Assembly: GCA_002269645.1 (NCBI GenBank)
Contig: NIVC01000741.1
Coordinates: 186,001-250,000, forward strand
DNA: 64,000 nt
Reading direction: 5' to 3'
DNA from: Macrostomum lignano
Lineage: Eukaryota
The stretch's first letter is position 1, and each line of letters begins with the position of its first letter. Below, piece after piece: positions 35,565 to 46,072 of this stretch. A program made the position numbers and the translations under genes. The notes beneath the pieces are model-generated. The model was not told the origin of the DNA and searched no databases. It was given only the letters and a program-made list of their open reading frames with translations.

Positions 35565-35603
35565 TGACAAAGGCGCTCAAGGCCAAAGGCCAGCAGTTAA
35601 AAG
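35565..35603 (+). CDS. Candidate second micro-exon (V)TKALKAKGQQLK(G), RPL23A-like
   Basis: Pyrimidine-rich acceptor ending cgcag and gtaag donor; phase 1 matches the 26495-26528 exon; resembles AKALKAKKAVLKG. Confidence 0.35.
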
Positions 35604-35654
35604 GTAAGAGAAGTGAATGGGACCGCGCACAGCTGCAGCTCGCTCGTTTGTATG

Positions 35655-36050
35655 CGAGCTGGAATCAACCGGTACTTCATAGAAGACCTTCGAGAAGACT
35701 TTCAAGGCAGCCATTAAAGCTCTGAAGAATTAATCTACGCCTATGATGCATGGCGACGATGAGTAGCCATCGCTTGAACCCGAGGACATGGCGAATTTGC
35801 GCGCGTATTTGGACCGCAGATCGCCGCAGAAACTGCAGCAGGAAGTGTTTTCCTCCTGAACTTACACTTCGGCTTCCGTGGACGCGAATAGGGCCTTAAA
35901 AGGATGTTATTCCGCGGGACACGACTGCATGGACTGGAGGTGTAACGTGCATCGATGTGGGTGAACTCTGAATTCGCTGATGCCGGGAAATCGGGAATAT
36001 TCCCTTTGCACGACAAGTCGGTGTGTCCAGTTAAAGCGATAAAACTGTGT
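35655..36050 (+). pseudogene. Crypton-like (DUF3504) tyrosine-recombinase remnant
   Basis: RAGINRYF, SPQKLQQEVF, LHFGFRGRE and CPVKAIK across shifted frames. Confidence 0.5.
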
Positions 36051-37329
36051 CAATTACATGTAGCTTCCAACTGAGATCCCTCTGATCATCTCTGCAGTTT
36101 CAGGTTGCAACAGTTACAGGGTATACCTGCTGCTGTTAATACGCATTAGTTTTCAGCCGTTGGTTATAGGCTCAAAAGTTTATAATACTTAGGGTGCACT
36201 TAGGGATCCTCAAGCGCAAACGGGTTGCACTCATCATCGAAGTCCGAGGAAACACCCTTTACTGATTTCCCGGTAAAGGGGCGGGCTGCTCTGGCGAGAC
36301 CCCTCTTTTGAAATTAAGTACAGAAAAGTTTCTTAGATGAAATTCCTTAGATCATCAATACCAAGGACTTGAGTTGGGATCAATTCAGCCCCTATATCTA
36401 CATCGTAGCCGCTTCGTCGCAAATTAGGAGACTTTGATGTAGGTTCAACATGTTGCCTTCCAGCTTGGGAGGCCTACATGTACGTGGTCAGCTAGTTTAA
36501 TTTTCTCAGACAGTGGCAGTGCAAGTATAAATTAAGTATCATGCCAGTGTTCTGTGCGGAGCAGCTTCTTCGGTAGAACCGAAGCGCACTGCCGGTTCCG
36601 AAGGGCACCAGACCTCCAGTAGAGTTGGTAGGGCTGGTAGCGAGTATTGATAAACTTTCATGATTCCGTGGCCACTAAAAAGCACTGGGCAGAGGACCAG
36701 GTTCAGCCAGTCACTGCTGATAATGAGTGGAGCCAGTTGCTCAAGGATGCTGTTTGGGCCATCCAGATGCGGGCCTGTAACGTTCCGGGCTACCAGTGGT
36801 GTCCTCCAAGTCCGGGGATGGTAAGGCGACGATTAGCGGGTAAATCCGACATACAGTATTGTGTGTATATAGAATCTGCGCTGCTAAGTCCGATTCTATT
36901 TTGATAGAGTTGCTTCAAAACCGATACTCTATAGTTGGTGTGTCCAAGAAGGCCGCTTCATTTTTGACAACTTCTAATCAATACTGAACAGTTTGCAATC
37001 AACTTTGACTGCTACCATGTTACGTCTGTTCTTGGTTGTGTATATGTTTCAGAAAAAAGACTGTAAACATAGCTATAGCATTGTTAACGATTCAAAAGAA
37101 GTGCTCTTGTTCTCTTTGTCTCAGACTAAAAGTTGTACAACAGTAACTGAGTGAACGAGTGAGTGAATAAAGGAAAGCAACAAGATAGCAGAATGAAAAG
37201 TAGCTAAAAGTAGTAATTCAGGCAGTCGTTTGATTATAATTTTGCTCACTAGTATGTCTCGCCGGTGGGCAGTAAACGTCCGACCTGTTCGACAGTGCGC
37301 GATAAAAAGCTGCTGCAGTTTTGGGCCAA

Positions 37330-38100
37330 CTCGCGCTTCAAAGCAGCCTTAAATTCCAGCACGCGATCGAGTACTCAGGAACGGGCTGTACGTATGGCGG
37401 CATTTAGGCGTTTGATTTCAACATTGCCTGGGATCTCGTAGTCTTCGGCATGGTAAAATACGGGCTAAATAATGATACTGCATTGTCGAAGAGCTATTTT
37501 TCAATCTAATCCCGGGAATGCAGTTTGAAAGTTGCCGCTAATGGTGTGAAATAATCACCCAACCTCCCTTTCATAAGTGTGGAAGTGGACTAATCTAATC
37601 GCAGGGCTGATAGCCGAGCAAACAGTGATGCGCAATCCTTCAGCGAACGAATCTGTCTAAACACGCTCAACACTCCAAACCAAACCTAGCTATAGCGATC
37701 ATCGAAGACACGTGTCGAAGCCCAACTCGTCACTGTAGATTTTGTGAGGAGCAACAACCTTTTCAAACAAATCCAGATCACAGAACTCACACGCGCGCGT
37801 CAATTACCCGTGAGGGCGTTTCATACAGCAGAAAGATCCCTTGCTAACTTGGTTGTGAAAAGGCTGCGTTGAGTTTCTCACCGACTATTCTATCCTTTAC
37901 TTGTGGTTCGGTTTGAAAATTTAGACGAAGGTTGATGTTCAATTGCTTCAATACAATGAGTGTGCATTCATCTCGACCTGAGCTTCAATACATGAGCGTT
38001 CGAATTTCTGGATCCCATTTACGAGAATTTACTTAGCGCCTCCCCTTAGTAGCTTTTCCGGCCTTCCAGATCGCACAATCGTGTACGCAGTTTTCTACTT
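37330..38100 (-). pseudogene. Tc1/IS630-like transposase remnant
   Basis: YTIVRSGRPEKLLRGG, EFCD and a YSPFL motif; multiple stops and frameshifts. Confidence 0.6.
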
Positions 38101-38212
38101 TACATCTAACTACCGAACCAATTCAGCAAAATATTCTCCTCACTTGAAAGCTACGAAAATCCGAGCTCTATCAGCAGTTCGATCATAGCTGTATCCGAGC
38201 GCTGATCCAGTT

Positions 38213-41200
38213 TTTAACAGAGTCAACTTTTTAGCGGGCGAAACAAAATCACGAGGGCTAAAAGCCAAAATTAGTCAAAATATTTTGATATTAGTCATGC
38301 ACAAAGTCGCGTGCATTTCAATCGATAAAGACATAGGCAACTATGAGCGTGCCCCAACCCCCCAGCGAAGGCCAACCTCAAAACCGCCAACACAAACTCA
38401 CAATATCAAGTCATCACATCCCTTCGCTTTAAAATATGAAAATAAGATTAAGAAAAAATAACAATACTAATAATAATAAAAAATATTGAAGCGGGCAACA
38501 CAACGCAACAAAGGTACTAAAACCGAGTTCATCAACAACAGTTACTTCAGCTGTAAGTCAGTCGCTCAGGTGCAGCGCACTTCCTCATCGAACGGAGAAG
38601 CTGCTGCTTGGCGTCAGGCTCTGCTGCAGTCTCAGCAGCAGCGCCGTCAGCAAAAACTTCGGGTGCATCTTTCGGCACCGCGCATCGCACTGCGGCACCG
38701 CTACCGCTGGTACCGCCAGCTGGGTCGGAAGCTGACTGACTGCGGCCGGCTTGCGCACCTGGTCCACGTCCCTGTCTGCGTCTCTGCCGTCATCGAACCG
38801 GCACGTGAAGTCTGCGCACCAGAACTGTCCGTGACTGTCGCCGGCCTCCAGCGTCCGTCACTCGCGAAGTCTCGCGCCGACATTAATGCGACGGTCGTGC
38901 GCGTGGGCGTCGTGCTGCTCCTTCTGCAGTGCCTGCTGTACGGCCACCCGGGCGGGCAGGTCCAGGCGGACTCGATCGAGCAACGATTTCAGCCTCCGCT
39001 CTATTTCAACTCGCAGGGAGCCCTCCCGGTAGTCGCCTCGGTACGTCAGGAGAAACCGGGAGACTCGCTTCTCCAGAGAGCCGCTTCACTGCTTGGCCAG
39101 CGCACGCTTCAGAGTCTGAACTGCTCGCTCTGCTTGGCCGTTGGACGCCGGGTGGTACGGAGCAGTGCGCACGTGCCGGATGCCGTTCTTGCTCAGGAAT
39201 GTCTCCATCTCTGCGCTGACTAGGTTCGGACCGTTGTCGGAGACGATCAAGTCCGGCAGACCGTGAGTTGCAAAGCTCGAACTCAGCTTCTCGATAGTCG
39301 CAGCCGACGGCGTCGAAGGCATCACATGCACGTCCATCCACTTGGAGTGGGCGTCAACGACAACTAGCAACATCCGGCCCTGGACCGGCCCGGCGTAGTC
39401 AATGTGCAGGCGCGACCAGGGCTGCAGTGAAAACGGACCTGGCGACTTCTGCATCTCCTGGCAGTCGGTGCACGCGGCGACCAGCCGCTCGATTGCCTCG
39501 TCTAGCTTGGGCCACCAGAAAACGCTTCGAGCCAGCGCCTTCTTTTTCGTGTCGCCCTGGTGTCCCTCGTGCAGGCAGTGCAGCAGCGCCTCCCAACCGG
39601 CCTCAGGAACTACGTCTTGTGTACCGCAGCAGCCCCTTGCTGGTGTTGATGGTGCAGAGTTCTTGCGAGGCCTCGTCCAGAGGCAGCTGCGAGTGCGCTT
39701 GCGGCAAGTCAAGCTTGGTAAATTTCTTTCCGCCAGCCAGTTTCGCGAAGAGCTTCTTGATCCTCGGTACTGGGTACGCGTCAGGCTCGACGTCGAGGTT
39801 CACTGTTAGTTTAAAATCGGCACATATGCGGACCGAGCCATCTGTCTTTAAACGGGTACGATCGGAGACGCGTAGTCCGAGCTGCTCACCGGCTTCAGCA
39901 CTCCCTGTTCGATCTCTTTTTAGAGTTGCGCCTCGACCTTCTCCTTCAGCGCAAGCGGGACGTTCCTGGCCTTGAAAAACCTCGGCCGCGCTGAGGCTTT
40001 TAACTGCAGCCGCACCGCGGGCCCTGTGTACCGACCAAGGCCCGGTTCGAAGACTTCGGCGTACTTTTCTAGCAGGCACTTGAGTTCCAGTTGCCTTGAC
40101 GGATGCTGTTGCACCTGCTTGATGTCTCGCCAGTCCAGCAGAAGTTCGGCCAACCAGATTCGAACCGGCACCGTCGATAGCGAGCAGCGGCAGCACCTGG
40201 CGACCTCGGTCTGCGCGCGAACTCTAAGTTGGCCGAGGACGGGCATCAGTTCTCCGGAGTACGTCCGCAGCTGCGTGTTGACTCGCTCGAGTCTGGGACG
40301 CCCACGCAGTACTTCGTTCTACGTCTTCGCAGAGATGAGTGACACAGACGCCCCAGTATCGACCTCCATGCAGACTGGCGTGCCGTCGATGTCGATGGTG
40401 GTTTTGATTGGCGGAATCTTGCCGCCTACGGCGGCGGCCATTACGTGCAGCGAAAAAGCCTCTGCCTGCAGCTCTTGGACGGTCGAGTCGACGTGACGAT
40501 TCGAAGCTTGCTGAGGCCCAGCCGATCTCTCGTCCCGTTGAGCAGGCGGCACTGCCTTGCACGCAGCAGCGATGTGTCCGGTTTTCGAGCATGCGTAATA
40601 ACACCTTCTATTGATGAACGGGCACTTGGCAGCCAGGTGGCGCTGGGACAGGCATCGATAGCTACGCTTCGCTGGTGACCCACTGGCCGTCTCCAGAATG
40701 GTGAAGAGCGTGCACCGTGTCAAAGCCGGCGCCTTTAGCCACCAGCAGGTTGCCTTAAGCGGCCGACTCGTGCGCCTGCGCCAGCGACAGCGCCGTGTCC
40801 AGCGAGAGTTCCTTCTCTGTGAAGAGCCTCCGCTGAATGGAATCATCACTGATCTCCAGGACCAGCCGGTCCCTCAGCATGCTGCTGAGGCAAACGACGA
40901 AATTGCAATCCCGAGCTAGCTTGCGCAGCTCAGCCAGGAACTCTGCCACCGACTCGCCTGCCTGATGGCTTCCAAGAATTTCTGACCTCCGGCCAGCTTC
41001 GCAAAAAGTTCCTCGATCCTCGGCAACGGGTAGGTGTCGGGCTGCACGTCCAGGTTCACCGTCTGCTTAAAGTCGGCGCAGATGCGGACGGAGCCGTCGG
41101 TCTTCAGTACGGGGACGATGGGCGACGCGTATTCGGAGCTGCTCACGGGCTTGAGCACTACCTGCTCAATCTCCTTCTCGAGCTGAGCTTCTACTTTCTC

Positions 41201-42598
41201 CTTCAGTGCAAGCGGAACGTGCCGGGCCTTGAAGAATCTCGGGCGCGCATCCGCCTTCAGATGTAGGCGAACGGCTGGACCTGCGTATTTACCGAGACCC
41301 GGCTCGAAAACTTCGGCGTACTTGTCTAGCAGGGCCTGCAGCTCTGGGTGCGCGTGCTGCCGCACCTGCTTGATGCCGCGCCAGTCTAGAGGCAGCTCGG
41401 CCCGAGCCGGCACCGTCGACTACGAGCAGCGGCAGCACTTTACTGGCGGCCTCGGTCTGCACGCGGACCCGAATCTGGCCGAGCACAGGTACCGCCTCGC
41501 CGGAGTATGTTCGCAGCAGGATGTTGGCGCACTCGAGCTCCAGCCGCTCCCTCAGCACATTGTTGAAGGTTCTCGATGAGATGAGCGACACCGATGCTCC
41601 TGTGTCGACTTCCATACGCACCGGCGTGCCGTCGATCTCAACGGTGGTCTCGATCGGTGGAATCTTGCCGCTCCCACTGGACGCCATCGCGTGAAGCGAG
41701 AAGGTCTCCTCCTCCTTCAACTGCAGCTCCTGGACCGCCGAGTCGCCGCAGCGGCCCGATCCTCGCACTTCGCAGCTGACTTGAATGCCGCAGCGGTGTG
41801 GCCGACTTTCGAGCACGCGAAGCACTTCTTGCTGATGAAAGGACACCTGGCTGCTGGATGCCGGTGTGACAGGCACCGATGGCACGGCTTGTGCGGCGGC
41901 GCAGCTGAATGTTGAAAAGCGTGCACGGTGTCAGAGCCGGTGGCTTTGGTCACCAGCTGATTGCCTTCGGCCGCAGACTCGTGCGCTTGCGCCAGCGACA
42001 GGGCCTTCTCAAGCGTCAGCTCCTTCTCGGAGAACAGTCGACGCTGAAGCGCGTCATCGCCGATGCCCAGCACCAGTTAGTCTTGCAGCATGCTGTCGAG
42101 GCTTCCGCCGAAATTGCAGTCACGGGCCAATTTCCGCAACTCAGCCAGAAACTCCGCCACCGACTCGCCCTCCTTGCGGCTTCTGTTGTAAAACTTGAAG
42201 CGCAGGAAAATCTCCGGAGAATCCGGAAAATCTCCGGAGGCACCGGATCGAAGTGCTCCTTTAGTTTAACGCATATGTCAGTGTAGCTGGTGTTAGCCGG
42301 CTTGTTGGGCGAAAGCAGACTCGAGATCAGCTGGTAAGTATCCCTACCGCAGGTGCTCAACAGTACAGCTCGCTTCTTCTCATCGCCGATCTATTCAGCC
42401 TATAAGACTCATTCTTCGTCGCCACTTTAACAGAGTCAATTTTTTGGCGGGCGAAACAAACTCACGAGGGCTCAAAAGCCAAAGTCGCGTACATTTCAAT
42501 CGATAAAGACATAGGCAAATATGAGCGTGCCCCAACCCCCCAGCGCCAACCTCAACCTCAAAACCGCCAACACAAACTCACAATATCAAGTGATCACA
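38213..42598 (-). mobile_element. Internally rearranged Gypsy (Mag-like) LTR retrotransposon with a 5-bp TSD
   Basis: LTRs 38213-38418 and 42426-42598; TSD CAGTT at 38208-38212 and 42599-42603; PBS TGGCGACGA; PPT AAAGCGAAGGGA; two partial gag-PR-RT units followed by an integrase core; RT C-terminus and RNase H missing. Confidence 0.9.
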
Positions 42599-42952
42599 CA
42601 GTTCGTTCTGTGTAGTTAACCGTTTGGCTCTTCATTCTGAACGTCGTTCACATCAACTTCGCCATTCTCCTCCATCAGTTCGTCTGTTTCTTCTTCGCTG
42701 ATGTCAGCTAACATATTTCTTTTGAAAGAGAGCTTGTTTTTTGAGCTTCATACGAGACATATGCTTCTAAGCTTGTTTTTTGCCTCAAAGCTCTCTACCA
42801 CTTTAATTGTCTGAATTTAAGTCAAATCTATCACATGCCTAGATATTTAGGATTGGTTAAACTTGAATTTCAAAAATTCTATTAAATTGTCTGACAAAAG
42901 CAATACCGATCGACTCACCGCAGAATCAATCGTGCAGCAACTGAGAAAGCTG

Positions 42953-44455
42953 ATGACACCAATGATGTTCCTGGTGGCACTACTACTGCTGCTGGCGCTA
43001 GGCATGGACACGCATCAAAAGATCTTTAGCAATCGCGGCCATTCTCTTACCGGTATCTCTGCCAAGAAAAAAATTATCTCTGACACAGTGCCGGCGACTA
43101 TTGACAACCCGCTGCCGTCGGGTGCCTGCGGCGCCTACAGCGAGCTCCGCAGCGTGAACTTCCTGCACAAGTCCATCAGCGAGAGCATCTGCGAAGGTGC
43201 CGCCGCCTACACCATCGTGGACAGCGCGTTTCCGCTGTGCCGACTTAAGCAGCACCTGCCGCCGGTTCTCACTGAAGGCGTCAGAGTTGCAAGTGTCCAG
43301 ACCTTCATCAGAAGCCCCCTCACCCAGAGAAACCTCTCTAGCTTTGTCTATGTCTACTCAAGTCCCGACTTAATCTCGAACATCATCCGCACAGAACACA
43401 TCTTCGAGAAGAGAAACATCCGCATCATGCAGCAAATTATTCGAAAGCTGGCCGCCAAGTCGCCCGTCACCTTCATGGACATCGGTTCGAACATTGGTGT
43501 GTTCAGCCTGCCGATTCTCGATCTCGGAGTGCCCGTTATCGCTCTGGACGCAAACATTCGTAACCTGATTAGACTCAAGCTGTCAGCCGAGGCGGCCAAG
43601 GCGAGCGAGGTGGACAGCGCGTTTCCGCTGTGCCGACTTAAGCAGCACCTGCCGCCGGTTCTCACTGAAGGCGTCAGAGTTGCAAGTGTCCAGACCTTCA
43701 TCAGAAGCCCCCTCACCCAGAGAAACCTCTCTAGCTTTGTCTACTCAAGTCCCGACTTAATCTCGAACATCATCCGCACAGAACACATCTTCGAGAAGAG
43801 AAACATCCGCATCATGCAGCAAATTATTCGAAAGCTGGCCGCCAAGTCGCCCGTCACCTTCATGGACATCGGTTCGAACATTGGTGTGTTCAGCCTGCCG
43901 ATTCTCGATCTCGGAGTGCCCGTTATCGCTCTGGACGCAAACATTCGTAACCTGATTAGACTCAAGCTGTCAGCCGAGGCGGCCAAGCTGCCTCACAAGC
44001 TGCACCTGCTGTGGAATTTCGTCAACAGGCAGGTGTCGCTCATGTACCTGAACTTCCCGAAGGAGTGTAACATGGGTGGCGCCACCAAGTTAGGCAGGGC
44101 CGTCGTCGACACGATACCGGTGATGTCGGCGACCGCGGACTCCATCGTGCCGCTCGTCGACACCAAGCTGGTCGTCATGAAGGTCGACATTGAAGGAGGC
44201 GAAGGCGAGTTTTTCAAGAGCGCGAAGAAGCTGTTTGACAGCTTCACGATTCCCGTGGTGCACATGGAGTGGCTGAAGAGGCACATGAGCGATATGGAGC
44301 GCCAGTTCATGATCAGGTTCTTCTATGAGAGGCGCTACAGCCCGAGGAGCATGAACGATCTGACGAAGTTGATCAATATTAACCTCACAGGGTATGAAGG
44401 AGACGACCTTGTTTGGGTGCACAAGCACTTCGAGGATGCAGGCATACTGCTCTGA
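42953..44455 (+). CDS. FkbM-family SAM-dependent methyltransferase with an N-terminal membrane anchor and an internal tandem duplication
   Basis: Hydrophobic MMFLVALLLLLALG; motif I FMDIGSNIGVFSL (twice); VMKVDIEGGE. No introns; start may be the ATG at 42953 or a splice acceptor near 42923. Confidence 0.85.
   Translation: MTPMMFLVALLLLLALGMDTHQKIFSNRGHSLTGISAKKKIISDTVPATIDNPLPSGACGAYSELRSVNFLHKSISESICEGAAAYTIVDSAFPLCRLKQHLPPVLTEGVRVASVQTFIRSPLTQRNLSSFVYVYSSPDLISNIIRTEHIFEKRNIRIMQQIIRKLAAKSPVTFMDIGSNIGVFSLPILDLGVPVIALDANIRNLIRLKLSAEAAKASEVDSAFPLCRLKQHLPPVLTEGVRVASVQTFIRSPLTQRNLSSFVYSSPDLISNIIRTEHIFEKRNIRIMQQIIRKLAAKSPVTFMDIGSNIGVFSLPILDLGVPVIALDANIRNLIRLKLSAEAAKLPHKLHLLWNFVNRQVSLMYLNFPKECNMGGATKLGRAVVDTIPVMSATADSIVPLVDTKLVVMKVDIEGGEGEFFKSAKKLFDSFTIPVVHMEWLKRHMSDMERQFMIRFFYERRYSPRSMNDLTKLININLTGYEGDDLVWVHKHFEDAGILL
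43217..43987 (+). repeat. In-frame tandem duplication (384 bp + 9-bp filler + 378 bp) inside the methyltransferase
   Basis: 43217-43600 and 43610-43987 appear identical except for a 6-nt indel (tatgtc); filler gcgagcgag. Confidence 0.95.
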
Positions 44456-46072
44456 GTGTGTTTGAATGTGAGCTATCAGCTATCAGTTGGCAATGAATTT
44501 TAAATATTTTACCAAGTGGTGAGAGAGAGAATTTACCCTTAAAATTCATTTGTCGGAATCTAAAGTTGGAGCTACTTATGCGTCTTTATAAAATACTGTA
44601 GATTTCTCAGCTCTTCGATAATATGAAATACTGTTGCAAGCTAGTTTTGTCAGCTCTTCGACAAGATTTTTCTATACCCATATGACACGCCTATGGTAAC
44701 ACTTTGTGTCAGATTGATAAAAAATGCATTGCTAACTGATAGCTGATTGATTCACCCGTTACCATTCGTTTGTCTTTTGCAATTCGAAACTAACAATTAA
44801 AAAACAAAAAAATAAAGCTAAACTGCAGAGCCAAACGAACAACAAGTGATCCTACAGATAATGAATTAGTAAAATTTATTAGTTGGATTTCATTTCACTA
44901 TAAAAAAGTACGAGGTAACATTGTAACACTGCTTTCAAGACCGTACCATTTCTAATATATTCTTCACTATTCGTATCTATTCTTATTCTTATCTAATAAT
45001 ATATTACTGTCCCTGTTATAGATAAAAATATTTGACATGTATTTAAATTTAAATGTATTAAATGAGTTTTATACGTTATATAATGTTATTTTAGGCAAGC
45101 TAATAAATACAGTGAAATAATATAAATAAATCAATATATCAACACGCAAATAAAATAAATACGCTCGTACAAAAAGCTAGTGAATATTAATTTTTGATGT
45201 AGCTGCCTGAAGTTAAAATCTCGTGCGCAAATATAGTATTCAAGCTTTTTTGGTACCAATACATGTATCAAGCGAAGTCAAATTATAAAATTGACAATTC
45301 CCGGTGTCAAATTCGACGTCAATTCAAAGTCTATTTTTGTTCCAAAGTCAAATTCATGCTCTGTGCCAAAAATAGGTCGAAAATTCGACTTTGATTAGAG
45401 TTATTGCAACAGTTTAGCTCAGATTTTGAGATTTGCTCAGAGAAAGAAGCATTACTTGGCCTTCCACGGGTTGCTACTGCTGCAGCCTCCTCGTACAGTC
45501 GAAGGCCCTTTTGTGCTATAGGTAAGAGAAGATTGAGCAGAGGGTATTGTAGAAAAGTTAATGCCGCGTTATGGTGCTAGGCAGGCATGAAGAATATCTC
45601 AAAGGCCGCTTGCACTTAGCAGGGCCGGCTTATATTTGGCTTGGCTAATTGCGTAATACGAGCTAAATCAATTATTGAAGTGAGTGGTTGGCTGTACGTA
45701 CTTGTACGGGGCAGTGATAGCGCTGGACCAAGTGAGCGAGGGAGAGAGAGAGGGAGGCAGATGTACACTGCTCCACATTTCTCCCCAAACGGAAAAGAAA
45801 CGCAGTTTCTGCTTGAACGACGAAAAAGAGAAATTCGAAAAATTGCAATGCCGAAGTAAGTACGAGCGAAAAAAAAGCGGTAGATAGTAAAAATGCAGCA
45901 AACACATAGCATTAAAAAATGCGCGAATATTAGTCTTGGGACGCGTAGAGACAAAAAGAGATATTCGTAATGGGGACATTAAAACAAAAATATTGAACTG
46001 ACTACGAATTCGCAAAAAAAACGATTGGCAGCGGCGACAGTTAATGATATTAGACAGTCAGTTCTTTTTAAA

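Noticed and set aside
45441-45521. 81-nt candidate symmetric exon as a third RPL23A-like exon
   Set aside because: Splice signals are plausible, but no frame resembles L23 or any family I recognise.
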